A stretch of 64,000 nt of DNA from the human T2T-CHM13v2.0 reference genome, Homo sapiens. Shown piece by piece: positions 31,094 to 49,893 of the stretch (its first letter is position 1; every line of letters begins with the position of its first letter). Under the pieces are notes generated by a model. That model was not told the DNA's origin and ran no database searches. It worked only from the letters and a program-made list of their open reading frames with translations. The translations under genes were made by a program, and so were the position numbers. The stretch is from assembly GCF_009914755.1 (NCBI RefSeq), contig NC_060928.1. The stretch is one strand, 5' to 3'.

Positions 31094-32569
31094 ATAAACA
31101 TGAGCTTATGGGGCCACCCCAGAGATTGTCGACCATAATGACCCAGAGAGGGTCATTATGAGTTGGAAGAGTTGGAAGCAGGAAGTTAGTGGCTCTCAAA
31201 GGGAGGCAGTGTGATAAGGGAGTCAAGAATATTTGCCCAAGGAGACTGTGTTATATCAAATTCCAACTATGGCACTTCTTGACCTTGAGAACATTACTTA
31301 TTCTGAGCCTCAGTTTCCTCATCCGTAAAATGGGAATGATAGAGCACAGGCCTCGTAGGACAGCTCTGAGGTTACTAGTTGATCTGAATGTAAAGGACTC
31401 TGCTCCTTGGAGGCCCTGAATCAATGCCACTCATGTTCACTATATTTCCTCCAAATTGGTTTGTTTTGCATGGTAGGGTGTCTGTAGTTGTAGATTCCTG
31501 AAAGCAGTTTGATTGGCAGCAGAGGATGCTCTTTTCTCCCAGTATCCATCAATCCAGTTTCCCTTTGATCATGGGATCCACCAGTTTGGGTTGGGTACGT
31601 GGCCATATAGCTGAAACCACTTTTCTTAACACCCCTTGCAGCAAGGGGTATGACCAAATTTTGATAACAAAATTTTGTGTACAAATTTCAGTCAAAGGGG
31701 TGTGAGCAGAGCCCATAAAAGGAGCACTCTTCCTCTCCTGTCTTCCTGCAGGTAGGAATGTGACAAGAGCACGCTTTGACACCAGTCATGGTGACAGCTG
31801 AGAATGAGCTAGAGTGCCCTGCTTCCCAGCTCCTCACCAGCCCTGGGCCATCTACTCAGACTCTACACAAGTGAAAAATAAACTCTTTCCTTTTGAAGTC
31901 ACTGTACTCAAGGTTGCTTGTTAAAACAGCCTCATCTGGATCTTATTTAGTACATAGTTGTTCACTGGCTTTAGCTGTGAAGAACAATCACATGCAGCCA
32001 GATGGTATAGCCCCTGCTTTAGAATTATGTGTGAATCCTGCCTGAGCCTGGATTCTCCAAAAGCAGAGCTGGAGACAGAAGCTTTTGTTCGAGGACTGTT
32101 AGGCAGTGTGGTCCCAGGATCAGGTATGGGACAGCACGTGAGGCTGGGTGGAGGAGTGCCTTGGCTCCACCTTCTGTGACTTCCTGATCTCCTCCAATGA
32201 TTCCACGAGAATAGTCTCAGAGCAATCATTCAAGGTAGAGAGAGTGCAGAAATTTTCCAATGACTTGAAACTCCTGTTGGTTAAAGGTTAGCCTATTTGA
32301 TGTTTATTCCTCACTGTTCTAAATAGTGCATGTGCCCGGCCAAGGAGGCTTCCTGCTGTATCCTGAGCCCAGTATTAATAAACGCTGGGTGAGATGCTGT
32401 CAGGTCACTGTTGCAGGAAGCTGGGAAGAGCCTGTGCAGACCTGGCTGCCACAGCTGGGGCTATGATCATAGATAGATGAGGCCAAGAGGAGCTAAAGTG
32501 GGGCACAGGAGAGGGCCCTGGGAGTCATCAGAGGTGGTGGGTCAATGAGCCAAAAGCCATGCTCACTTC

Positions 32570-32935
32570 CCCCGAACTCAAGGTGTCAGCAGGGCTGTGT
32601 TCCCCCACTCCCAAAGGCTCTAGGGGAGGATCCTTACTGCTTCTTCTAGCTTTTGGTGGCTCTAGGTGTTCCATGGCCTGAGGCTGCAGCATTCCAATCT
32701 CTGCCTCCATACTTATATGGCCTCCGCTGTCTGTATCTCTCTCAATGTGGCTTCTCCTTTTCACTGTCTTATGAGGACTTGTCATTGGACTTATGACCTA
32801 CCCTAATCCAGCATGAACTCACTTTGAGATTCTTACCATAATTACATCTGCAAATATGCTGATTCCAAATAAGTTCACATTCTGAGGTTCTGGGTGGAAA
32901 TTTCCTTTGGAGGCCACCCCATTCAACCCATGATA
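32570..32935 (-). mobile_element. MLT1 LTR fragment
   Basis: CAAGGTGTCAGCAGGGCTGTG...TAATTACATCTGCAAA...ATTCAACCCA. Confidence 0.75.
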
Positions 32936-33775
32936 TACACATTTAAAAACCATCTGAAGGTTTTCCACTTTCTGTTTTAAGGGTCTGAAACCCAACTAAT
33001 TTACATAAGACAAGGGCTGACATGAGACTGGGAAGGATGGGAGTGGACCTGACCTCAGACATGATCAGGCAACCTTTTTTTCTCTGTTTCTCTCCATTTC
33101 CTTCCTCTGTGCCTTGGCCCTGTCTTCTCCCTCTGACAGTGAGCCTTGTCCAAGCAGGAGGAGAAGCAGAGTCGCAGGCCACTCCGAGCTCCAGCCAAGC
33201 CAGACAGGAGAGACTTCCTTTCATGGTGACTATAATGAAGTCCCAGACAAGGATTCTCTTGGCCCAGCTTGGGTCACACTCCTGAAAGGAGAGGCATGCA
33301 AGGATGCTGCGGGCAGCAGGTGCCCACAACCTATCAACTTAGTGCTCTAGATGCCCAGTGTTTATCTCCTGACTCTCCCACTGCACCTAACAGTGTTCTT
33401 CCCAAATCCTCCACGCTGTCTCCCCACTGTTCCTGGCACATACTGTTTTCTCTGTGTGAGCAGTCTTCCTGGGGAAGTCTTACTACCCTGCCCCTGCCCG
33501 CAGCCCCCAGCCCTGGCTAAGCTGGGACTCTCCTCAGTGCTCCCTTGACCTGCTTTGTTTCCAGCAATCACCAAGCTTAACACGTGTGTCCCAATGATTT
33601 AGTGTCTCCCTCACTGCACCTGAGCTCACCGTGACCAGGCACCAGGTCGCAACATCCTAGCGAGCAGGAGCTTAGGGAATGTGCACTGAATGAATGGAGG
33701 CATGAGTGAAGGAAATCTTGGGAAAGCTGGGAGACGAGTCATGGCTGGAGGTGTGGTGGGCAGTTCTGGGAGGCT

Positions 33776-34215
33776 GTATTAGTTTCCTGTGGCTGCTGTA
33801 ACAAATGAGCAAAAACTGGTGGCTTCCGACAATAGCAATTTATTTGCTCACAGTTCTGGAAGCCAGAGGTCTGAAATCAAAGTGCCTTCGGGATTAGTTC
33901 CCTCCTGGAGGATCTGAGGGATAAATCATCCCATGCCTCTCTCCTGGCTTCCAGTGGTCATCAGTGATCCTTGGTACTTTCTGGCTCATAGACAAACCTC
34001 TCCAGTCTCCACTCCATCCTCACATGGCCTTCTCTCTGTGCTTTCACATGGCCTGCCAATAACAACATCAGCCATTGGATTCAGGGCCCACCTGAATCCA
34101 GTGTGTCTTCACGTTAATTTAAGTAATTACATCTACAAAGACTCTATTTCCAAATACGGTCATATTCTGAGGCTCCAGGTGGACACAAATTTTGGGGGAA
34201 CATTATTCAATACAG
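33776..34215 (-). mobile_element. MLT1B/C LTR
   Basis: TGTATTAGTTTCCTGTGGCTGCTGTAACAAAT...GGAACATTATTCAA. Confidence 0.82.
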
Positions 34216-35532
34216 TATAGAGACCTTCTATACACATTTCAGAAGGTTCTCTGAGGCCTGAAAGCACACCCTCCCCCACTTCCTCCTGCTTCCTGGGGTC
34301 ACCTCCCAAACAAACTACCCACACCCAAGCTCTGTCTCAGGCTGTGCTTTGGGGGGCACCAAAACTAAGACGGGGTAGAATGCATACCAACTTCAGATCT
34401 CTTTTTAGTACTGGCTGTTGGGGCCACCTAGTTCCCCACCCTGCAGCTAAGTCGCCACAAACAGCCACAGACCAGAGACTCTATGATTACAGTTAAAGTC
34501 AATTGGAGACTTAGTATGTACAATTACTATTGTCCCCACTTTACAGGCAAGGATACTGTGGACCCGATCCATTCTATCACTTGCCCAAGGCCATATAGCC
34601 AAGGAGTGACAGAGCCAGGTTGAATCTAAGCCACTCACCTGCTGAGCACAGGTTCCTGCCCTCTGTGTCTCCAGGGATCCCATTGAGCACCTGATTCCCT
34701 GTGTCCTTGGGCCAGCCACATGACCCCTTGACCTGCTGCATGTGGCCATTCACATCTGCCTTGAATTTCGCAGAGGTCATGGCTGAAGACCAGGATTCTT
34801 GCTGATGTCCTCAACAGGGGAGGCTCAAGAAGGAAATTCGTGAGTTGTTTCCTTTTCACGCTTTTTTTTTGCAATTAAAATTGTTATTTACTTATTTAAC
34901 TGACAAATAATAGTCATATATATTTATGGGTATGAAGTGATGTTTTTAATATATGCGTACACTGTAGGAAGTTTAAATCAAGCTAAATAACATATCCATC
35001 ACCTCACTTATTTATTCTTTTCTCATAAAGTTTAAAATCTACTCTTTTAGTAATTATAAAATATACAATACATTATTACTAATTGTAGTCACCATGTTAT
35101 GTGACAATCACAAAACCAACTCCTCCTGTCTAAGAGAAACTTTGTTTTGACCTACATCTCTCCTTTCCCCATTCATGACTCCCTCTCTAGCTTCTGGTAA
35201 CCACCATTCCACTCTGTTTCTATGAGGTCACCTTTTTTTAGATTCTGCAGGTAAGTGAGCCCATACAGTATTTGTCTTTCTGTGTCTGGCTTATTTCACA
35301 GAGCAGAATGTCTTCCAGTCTCATCCATGTACTTCCATGCAAACAACAGGATTTCCTTCTCTTTTTAAGTCTGAATAGGATTCCACTGAGCATATATGCC
35401 ACATTTTCTTTATGTATTTATTCATTAATGGACACTTTAGTTACTTCCATATCTTCACTGTTGTGAATAATACTGCAGGCGCACAGATACCTCTTTGACA
35501 TATTGATTTTAATTCCCTTGGGTATATACTCA

Positions 35533-35933
35533 TTACTAGTCCATTTTCATACTGATATAAAAAATTGCCTGAGGCTGGGTAATTTTTAAGGGAAAGAGGT
35601 TTAATTAACTGACAGTCCAACATGGCTGGGGAGGCCTCAGGAAACTTACAATCATAGCAGATGAGGAAGGGGAAGCAATGCGTCTTCTCCACAAGGTGGC
35701 AGGAAGGAGGTGTGCTGAGCGAAGGGGAAGGAGCCCCTTATAAAACCATCAGATCTTATAAGAACTCACTCACTATCATGAGAATAGCATGGGAGAAACT
35801 GCCTCCATGATTGTTACATCCACCTGGTCTCTCCCTTCACACATGAGGAATATGAGATTTGGGTGTGGACACAAAGATTTGGGTGTGGACACAAGATGAG
35901 ATTTGGGTGTGGACACAAAGCCTAACCATATCA
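35533..35933 (-). mobile_element. THE1/MST solo LTR with an internal 20-bp triplication
   Basis: TAGTCCATTTTCATACTG ... AACCATATCA; AGATTTGGGTGTGGACACAA x3 at 35855, 35875 and 35899. Confidence 0.88.
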
Positions 35934-35987
35934 GCTCAGCAGTGGTATTGCTGGATCATATGGTAGTTCTATTTTTCAGTTTTCTGA

Positions 35988-36299
<312 letters not shown>

Positions 36300-38586
36300 A
36301 GTTTTCTGAGGCACTTCTATACTGTTTCCTTTAATGGCTGTACTAATTAAAATCCCAACAGTGTGCAAGTGTTTCCTTTTCTCTCCACCTTCACCAACAC
36401 TTGCTGTTTTTTGTCTTCTTGATAATGGCCTTCACATTTTTTTTATAAGGTAAATGGTGGGTTTGAAAAGACGTTCTTGCCTTGATGAAGATCCTTTGTA
36501 CCCAGAGCATGGCATAGGGATGAAATCTCAAATTACAGTCATGGGCACCCCTCCCTTCTGCCCTGTGCCTTCTCAGGATTCTCACTTGCTCTGGCACCTC
36601 TTAGGCTCTTGTTTTGCTGACCATGTTGAGGGGTGGAGAGGATGAGAAAAGGAGGAAAGACAAGAGGACTGATTGGGAGCTGGGGGATTGGGAAGGGGAG
36701 GAGAGAGAGAAAAAGATAATAGCAATTGTCATTAGACTTTGGGGACAGAGACAGCAAAGAGCATATCTTATTCTATTTGTGGAATAAACTCCCCTTTCAT
36801 CGTTCTTTCAGAACCTCCTTTAGAAGAGGTTGACATTGCTGGCCAGTGGATTGGAGCCAGATTTCTGCTTCTCTTGGTGATGACATGTTGAGAAGGTCCT
36901 GCAGGAATTAAGACACAATATGCTGCAAACATCAGAAGGCTCATTCAAGGTGGCTTAACCTGTAAGGGTGGAACATATTGGCTCAAACACTGGGAAAGCT
37001 CACAGGTAGAGCAGGCTTCTGGGTGGGTCCACATATCATCAGATGGAAGCTTAGTTTCTGTATGATCCTCTTGGTTCTGCCAGTCTCTAGGTATCATTCA
37101 TCAGGTTTGCTCTCAAGCTGGCTTCCTCCAGGGAAGCCAAGGGGTTGCTGGAGGCTCCCAGAGCTACATGCTTTCTCCTTCACTGGAGAAGAGAACAGGA
37201 TTCTCTTCCCTTAGCCACCAAACAGAAGTTCCAAGCTTTATTCAGAATGGACTAACCCAGGTCACCCACCCATAGTCCGTAAGCATGGCTTGGAGGTTGT
37301 GGAAATTCTTCAGTTAGCTCAGTCTAATCCGGGCCCACCCTCAGACCTGGGTAGAATGGAGTGAGTCTTCATCAAACCACACAACTGCTATGCAGTGGGG
37401 TTTGAAAAGTTGGGCATTTATGGCTGCCTGAGCCCTTATGGTGCCTTTACGTATATTAGGAAAATGTGCCACAATTTGTCCTTTACTTTGGGGGGATGCC
37501 CCAGCATACCCTAGATCAGTGAACCTCTCAAAACTTCACCTTTATGGCAGTTCTCACCCTTTGAAGCCCATACATCTTAAGGAGGAGTCAGTGTGGTAGA
37601 CCAATATGATATTCTGGGTTGAACCTAGATGGTCCAGGGTACTTCAGCCTTTCTGTTGCAATAGAAAGTAGGAAAATGAGACTACTCATGCAACAGAGAA
37701 AAGCTATGAATGTGTACTGATACCCATCCCTTGTGAATGCATGCTGTTTCCAGTACCTTTCCTAATGGATATAAAAAATAATGCATTCTGCACATTAATA
37801 GCCACATACCACATATTAGAAGCTGCATTAAATTTCTCTAGTAAAGATACAATGTCTGGCACTGTGGCTGCAGTTGGGTCATTAATTGGTGAAATTTGCC
37901 ATAGTCCACTGCTGTCTGCCATGATCCATCCAATTTTTCCAGAGGTCGGGCTGCTGAATTAAATGAGGATATGATGACCATCTGTTTACTCTTAACGTTT
38001 TTGAGGGTGGTACTAATCTCGCTACATGTGAAATTGACTTTGGTTTACTATCTTCACCAAAGGCAGAGTTGTTTCAAAGGCTTTCCCTACTATAATGGTT
38101 TCCTCCCGGATTTTCCTACTACAATAACTTTTACTCCACAGGTAAAGGAACCAGTATGAGAGTTCTGGCAAATTGTCTATTCTGACTATACTTTTGGGAA
38201 CTGGAGAAATGACCCAGTGGACATACTATGATATGAACCTGAGCCCTGAGTCCATTTATACCTGACTCTCACCTGTTTCTACCCTCATGGGGGAACCATG
38301 ATGGCCCTTTGGCATTTTTCAGTGTCAACTTGGACCAGGTATCAAACAGTTCTCAAAAGACTTGGGCATTTCCTTTCCTTGGTGTAAGATCAGCCAAAAT
38401 AATGTCCAGAGGCTTTTTTTGGGAAGATATCAGGGAATCATTTCTGTATACTCTTCAGTGTTACATGGTCTCTCATCATGGAAACAGGACTCTTTTTTAA
38501 TGAACAAATTCTAGAGAATCCATTCTTAAAAATGGGCAAAGGATTATGACTTTGCATGGGAATGGCTGGAATCAGAATTCTGCTCA

Positions 38587-42419
<3,833 letters not shown>

Positions 42420-43684
42420 GGTCATTCATTCTTGTTCTCTTTTGATTATACATTGTGATACCTATTCTTGGTTTTCTAGCTATCTTACCTTAGGAATGCC
42501 ACATTCTATTAACTGTGTCTATAGGTATTTGTGGATTAGGGATCCCTGGTTTCCTATTTAGGGTAATTATCCTGACAATTAAGTGCTGCCCCTCTACTCT
42601 GCTATTCTGGGATCTTATCATCCCCATTGCTACTAAGTAGCCCAATTTATCATAGCATCTCTCACCATTGGCCCAGATTACAGAGGACAGTCACTAGGAG
42701 CTTAATGTTATTTCTGCTGCTCTTCCTAGAGCATTTAATGCAGTCTTGGTAAATGGAGCATCCTTCAAAGCCTTCCTGGAGAACAGAGTTAAAGCCAATA
42801 GGTTTTCTGGTTTGATATACATATCCATAAGGCATGGACACTTTTGTTAATCTTTTGATCCCTTCTTCTAGAACATTCTATCACAGTTCTGGCATCTCTA
42901 GTTCATATAATTAGGTCCATCACTTTTCCTGAGCACCTAAAAACAGCATGTTAGAAACTTCTCCTGGGCCGCTTGCCAAGATATTAAATGCTATAAAATG
43001 AGAGAGTGTCCCATGCCAATAAAATCCCCCGTACCCGGCTTTATATTCCAACTTTTCAATCCAGCACCTTCAGGGTCTGCTCCTGAGAAGATGCTCAACT
43101 TCCTGCTGGTATATATTAGCCAGTCCAGAAACTTCACTGGGACCTATTATCCTGGTCATCCTTTGGAATACTTACCACTTCCCTTCCTGGGTCATGCTGA
43201 GATTTGAGGCTACCTATTAGTCTGATGGCTAGAAGAGGAAATGAGGAAGATTCTGAGGAGGAAAAGTGCTGTCTTGTAGGGCATCCACCTCACTAGACCC
43301 ATGTACGGTCTTCAAGCTGTGGACCCCCATTAACTTCCAACAAGGGGGATGGGCCACTCTTTAGGGTCAGAGGGCTCAAGGGAATTTCAAAGTTCTCGGT
43401 TACATCTATGCAAATATCTCTAATCCAGGTCTCAAGATTCTGCTCTGTGCTTCTGTTCCTCTATGTCACAGAAGACTCACCTAGGCTGAGCAATCAATCT
43501 TCCTTGAAGTTCTGCTATCTTCCAATTAAGTCCTGTGTCTGGTCTCCAGCTCAGTCCAACTCCAGCTGCAGAGAAAAAAGTCACTGAAACCTTGCCAAAG
43601 AGATCTTCTGATTCTCACACTCATCTTTTAATTGGTGATTTATCAATCTGAGCCTGTGGTTTTCTCCCTTCCATTCATCTGTGG

Positions 43685-44023
43685 CAGGGGTCCCCAATCT
43701 CTGGGCTGTGGACTGGTACCGATCCTTGGCCTGTTAGGAACTGGGCTACACAGCAGGTGAGTGGTGGGTGAGCGAACATTACTGCCTGAGCTCCCCTCCT
43801 GTCAGATCCACAGCGGCATCAGATTCTCATAGGAGCATGAACCCTACTGTGAAGTGTGCATGCGAGGGATCTAGGTTGTGCGTTCCTTATAAGAATCTAA
43901 CTAATGAGGGATAATCTAAAGTTGAACAGTTTCATCCCAAAACCATCCCCTGCCACCACAGGCCTTGGAAAAATTGTCTTCTATGAAACTGGTTCCTGGT
44001 GACAAAAAGGTTGGGAACCTCTG
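43685..44023 (+). mobile_element. MER1B (hAT-Charlie) MITE
   Basis: Ends CAGGGGTCCCCAATC and GGTTGGGAACCTCTG; 8-bp TSD ATCT(G/A)TGG at 43677-43684 and 44024-44031. Confidence 0.9.
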
Positions 44024-44091
44024 ATCTATGGTGTTTAGCAACAGCTTCTCAGTTCCACAGATCTTACCATTACTGTTTCTCCTATATCTCT

Positions 44092-44748
<657 letters not shown>

Positions 44749-45538
44749 CCTCTCAAACTTCAGAAACATTGCACAGGTAAGTGAATCGCCCTTTCACCTA
44801 TATATTGCCCCAGTGAACACAGATAAGACTCTTAGCAATTGCACTGTTATAGCATGCCAGGGATGCCCCTGTTACCAGTGATGGGTTCCTCATGGCCATC
44901 GGGCTGGCGAGGGATCCAACTCCAGATTCCTGCCCTTAGGGTCTGTTTCCTAGAGCTGCTTCGCCAGGACCCAACCATGCCCACACCCGGATCTCAGCCT
45001 GCCAGCCCCCAGAATCGTGAAAAATGAATGTCTGCTGCTTATAGGTCAGCTCTAAGGTAGCTTGCTTAGCAGCCTGAACAGACTAAAGTGGATAGAGATC
45101 TACATTTGTTTGAGCACACGCTAGGCACCATCTTCCCATGGCATATTCCATATTGATTTCTTTGTTGCCCTGTCTATTTATCATCTAACAACCCATCGCC
45201 AACTTCATCCTCAGATAAACCAAAGTGACTTGTCATGTTCAAAATCCAATTTGGTTAAAAACAAAGCTGAGAGAAAAAAAACAGGTCAAAGAGGCAATGA
45301 GGGTGAGGAAAAACAAAGGCAAGCCAGGGTGAAATTGGTGTGTGAAATTTTGACAAAGAGGTCAGGAGACTTGGTAGAGCTGGGTCATAGATTTTGTGCT
45401 GACCTCTCTAGCAGCCAATGCTGAGAGCCATGTGATCAGGCACGTGATTGTGTCTGCAAGGTAGCACTAAATGGGTTGCTCAGAAGCCCATATGGTGCTA
45501 AGAGTAGCAAGATTATTTCTGGTACTAAAGCTGAGCCT

Positions 45539-45651
45539 GGTTGGGCACAGTAGTTCATGCCTATAATCTCAACACTTTGGGAGACTGAAGTAGGAGGATT
45601 GCATAAGCCTAGGAATTTGAGACCAGCCTGGGCAACATAGTGAGACCCCAT

Positions 45652-45722
<71 letters not shown>

Positions 45723-45892
45723 AGCTGGGCATGGTGATGCTTACCTGTGGTCCTAGCTGCTTGGGAGGCTAAGGTGAGAGGATCACTTGAGTCAGTCAGG
45801 TCAAGGCTGCAGTGAGCTAAGATTGTGCCACTGCTCTCTAGCCTGGGTGACAGTGAGACCTGTCTCAAAATAAGTAAATAGGTAAATGAAAT
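45539..45892 (+). mobile_element. AluJ with a (CA)n microsatellite replacing the linker (45656-45720)
   Basis: Alu dimer; ~32 CA units with one AA interruption; flanks AAAGCTGAGCCT / ACAGCTGAACCT. Confidence 0.92.
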
Positions 45893-46022
45893 ACAGCTGA
45901 ACCTTCTCCCACAAGTCTTCATGGATGACACATGGGAGGATGACACTGTGTGAAGCAGTGAGCAACGTCCTCAACAATGCCTGCCCAGTAACCACAGTGG
46001 GTGGTTTCTTAAAGCAGCTCAG

Positions 46023-46250
46023 TTGAGGCCCAGATAGAACAAAAAAGTGGAGGAAGAATGAATTTGCACTCTCTTCTACGTCCATCTTCTCCTGCCCTTG
46101 GACATTGGACCTCTTTGTTCTCTGGCCTTTGGACTCCAAAACTTACAGGAAGTTACACCATCAGCTTCCTGGTAGTATAAGTTCCGGAGCCAATTCCCCT
46201 AATAAGCCCTCTCTTATAGCTTTCTATATATCCTAACAATTCTGTTTCTG
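46023..46250 (+). mobile_element. MLT2B LTR fragment
   Basis: Closely resembles 29457-29705. Confidence 0.75.
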
Positions 46251-47593
46251 CTGTTCTTAGCACTGAATTTATCACACCAGAATGAAACATCATAACCTCT
46301 TTTTTAAGGGGGATTAGGTGGGATAAAATGTAGACTAGTTAGGAGAATGGGTAGACTCTAACTTCTCCATCAGTACTTTGTTTTCTTCTCAACTGAGCTT
46401 CTAACCCTGCTGCATGGTGGTCCCTGTAGTTCTATTTTTTGTTGCCAGTGAGGTGTTCACCTGTCCATTTGTACAGCCATCCACACCAATCTGCATTAAC
46501 ACTCTCTCCAACCCTGTGAATTAAGCCTTACTGTCTCCATTTTCAGTGGGGCCAAGAGGACTGAGTGACTTGCCCAAATTACCCAAGTAGTAAGTAGCAA
46601 ACTTGGGTTCCAAACCCCCATCAGCCTGATTCCAAAGCTTGGATCTTTCCCTGCACCATACCAGTTGGATTCTTGTCCTCCAGGTGGCAGACCCAGGGAA
46701 AGTAAGAACTGAATGGTTTTACTAATCTTACAAAATGGCAGCCAAGCCATGTCCATTCAGATATCAACTTCCTCACTCTCCAGTAGTCCCCAGGAACCCA
46801 TGGAACAGCCTGTTCTTTTGACTGGATGGCAACCAGGAGGAATTTCTGTGTTTTCTAACCAGGCCTCACCCTTCTCACCCTTGCCTTTGTTTGCTGCTCT
46901 CTAGTTTCTCAAACACAACCCCCCTGATTGACTGTGGGTGGCTGCCAAACACATCTGGCCCAAAGGAAGTCCAGAATAGCAGTCAGTCATCCAGGTGTTG
47001 GGTAGACCTAGCCAATGGGTCATCTGCGGTCAACAGTGCCACCCCCTGATTGGCCTGGGTCTGGCCCTCCCCCCTCTTCTTTGGAGCCTTCCTTCTGAGG
47101 ACAGGCCCTGGGGAAGGGGGAGGGAAAGGGACTGGGCCAAACATTTGGAAACGCTTGCCTTTCAAAGAGTCAGCCAAAAAAAGAGAGATTTAAACATTTC
47201 TTCTACCACACAATTGAGGAAAGCTTAGCTTGAAATTTCATAATTTTTATGCTTCATTAAGATAAAGTGTCATAGATAATGTGCAGAACTTTGGTTTGTC
47301 TGCAGAGGTAGAACCCACCATGGACCCCTAGCATGGGGAAGCTGCTGGGAACCCTGGAGGCTCCAGAGCAAACTCCTCTTATGTAGATGTGGAAATAGCC
47401 CAGAGAGGGAAAGGGACTTGTTACACTACAGGGTGGCCATGCTGGGATTTGACTCTGGGGATCAGGAAAACCAGTGCTGTTCTTTCCCTACTCCTGCCTC
47501 TCAGCCTCTCCAGCCTGTCCATCAAATGGAAGGGGTCTCCAGGCTGGGTGGTGCAGACTGAGCAGGAGGAGGGGCACAGAGTACCAAGGCCTT

Positions 47594-47777
47594 GTTCAGG
47601 AATGGGCAGTCACACTGTCTGAAGATCACTGGCCATGCATTTCCAGAAAATGCCATTGTTTTACAAATCCTACTGTTTAAGTTCAGGAATGGGCAGTCAC
47701 ACTGTCTGAAGATCACTGGCCATGCATTTCCAGAAAATGCCGTTGTTTTACAAATCCTACTGTTGTTTAAGTTCAGG
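47594..47777. repeat. 87/90-bp tandem duplication
   Basis: Copy 1 at 47594-47680, copy 2 at 47681-47770; they differ by one A/G and a 3-bp indel; GTTCAGG occurs at all three junctions. Confidence 0.97.
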
Positions 47778-49893
47778 CTCCAGGCAAGCCAGTTTGCTGA
47801 GCACCCTTGGCTAGGTGCTTGTGGGATTATCATGACTGACCCTGTCTGTTGGCTCTCTAAGGTTGCAGATGAGTAATCCAAGGCAGAGGGAGATGATGCA
47901 ACCCAACAATGAAAGAAAAGCCAGGATTTGTACCCAGATGATTCCTTCCTTCCTCTGGGCACCTGCAAGAGTTTTCAACAACAAAAAATAACATTGTATG
48001 TAGCCAAGGTTTTGTAGGAAGCAGAATCCCACCCAAAAGGGCCCATAGAGGCAAAATTTAATGAAGGAACCATTTACAGAACTGTGGGCAGGGTTAAGGA
48101 AGCTGGCAAGGGATGTAGAGGCTCTCGGTGCTGGTAACGCAGGAAGTCATCACCTCCTTTGGGTCTGAAGAGATGAGGGAGGAAGTAGTGGTATTGGCAG
48201 CCAGTAAGAACTATGGCAGGGACCAGGGGTTGCCCTGCTGCCAGCCGCTTCTGGGATTTGTCTGGCCCCTGAAATGGTTTAAGTTTACAACTTGGTCATC
48301 AGAAAGCAAATCCCCTCCCTCTCTCCTTCTCTCCCACCACCCCCAACACCTGTCAGTGTCCTCACTGGCTGACCCCACCTGGAAGGCAGGGTGCAGGGGA
48401 CCCTGAGTGCTGCAGCCTATGGATTAGATCCCAAGGATACACCTGCTTTGAACCATATGGCATTTTCTACAAAAAACAGGCTTCATTGCCAACACTTAGA
48501 AGTTGGAGCCATCACATAAAATTCTGTATTTCTGGCTTCTTTTGAGGAAGAGAGAAGATTTGTTATCACTGGAACTGTGTTCCATTTGGCAGAGGGAGGC
48601 TGAAGTTGAACCACTGCCCTGTTTAGGGCTGCTGTGTTTGCCAGCCCCACTCCCTGTCCTCTCAAACCCTACCCCTTTTTGTCCATTGATGACTCCCGCC
48701 TGGGACCCAGAGTTGGTCATGTGCTTGGAGGGAAGGTAGAAAAGCAGGGCCAGGGAGGAGGAGTGACTCCGCCAGGGTCACCAGCACCAGTACTGGCACT
48801 CAGGTCCTCTCTCCTGCAGCCCCAGTTGAATGTTCTTTCAAGGCGTATGTTGCTGTCTTGTGGGGGCTTTGCCTACTGCTGTGATTCCCCCCAGTCCCAA
48901 CTGGATCTGGGACTCTTCAGCCTGTGCCATGGGGGCACAGACCCCTGCAGAGCCCACCCTTTTCTGAGTTCATGTCAGAGGATTGGGTTTCATTTCAGGG
49001 TCAGCATCTCCCAGGCGTGCAGCTGGAGGAGGAAGCCACCAGCATACGGGCAGATCTGCAGGTGGCTGGGCTCCAGGTTTAACAATGATCCCTCCCATTT
49101 ATCCTGGTGTTTCATACCTCACAGTACCCTCACAGCCAGTGTCCTGTGAGCTCTGGGATGGCCCCGCCAGATGAAGGAGGAGGGCTCCAAAGGGGGCTGC
49201 TGGGTCGGGGGGCAGGTGGCAGCGCTGGGGCTGAGCTGGGATTTGACTCCCTATGTAGGTCGTCTTGTCAGGAGCTCACTGCAGCAGTCTCCCTGGAACT
49301 GGGTCCAACTTGTTGTGAGGAGGGGTCACCAATTTAGCTTTGGATTTTTCTAGATTGGCTGCATGGTAGTCCCAGGTCAGGTCACTGAATGACGGGGCAC
49401 AGGAGTCTACACCCAGACTCTTAGAGAAGCTGGGCTCACACTTTGGTGCCCTCTAATGCCACCACCCCTGCCCATCTATGGCCTACATTCTCAACTGAGG
49501 CAGCAATAATCCCAGCTCCAATCTGGACTCTGCTTCCTGGAGTGGCAGGGTCTGCCCTGCTCTGGCAGCACCTGCCCCTGCAACTTCGTTCAGGGATCTC
49601 CTTCCTGCATTTCTTGTCCAAGGCTTGGACTCACTCCTGTCAGCTCCAAAAACCCATGTCTTCCTCATTTCCAAGGTGGAACAGGGGCTAAAATCTTTTA
49701 AGCCCACTCCCACAGAGTGAGGGCAGAAGAAGAGTGCTCATTCCATATCACAGGTTGTGGAGTCCCTGGAGAGTCAGATCTGCCCTCAGCCACTATGTAA
49801 AACCCACCTCCTGCACAGTTCCATTTGTCTTCAAAGCCTTTGTCATCATTTGCAACATGATACGTTAACTTGCTTGGTTTTCATTGTGTCTCC

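Noticed and set aside
35855-35918. Repeat-spacer pattern resembling a CRISPR array
   Set aside because: The repeats are essentially adjacent (0- and 4-nt spacers) inside a mammalian LTR, and no cas genes are present.
47522-47968. ORFs with duplicated peptides on both strands
   Set aside because: This is a by-product of the 87-bp (29-codon) tandem duplication; there is no other coding evidence.
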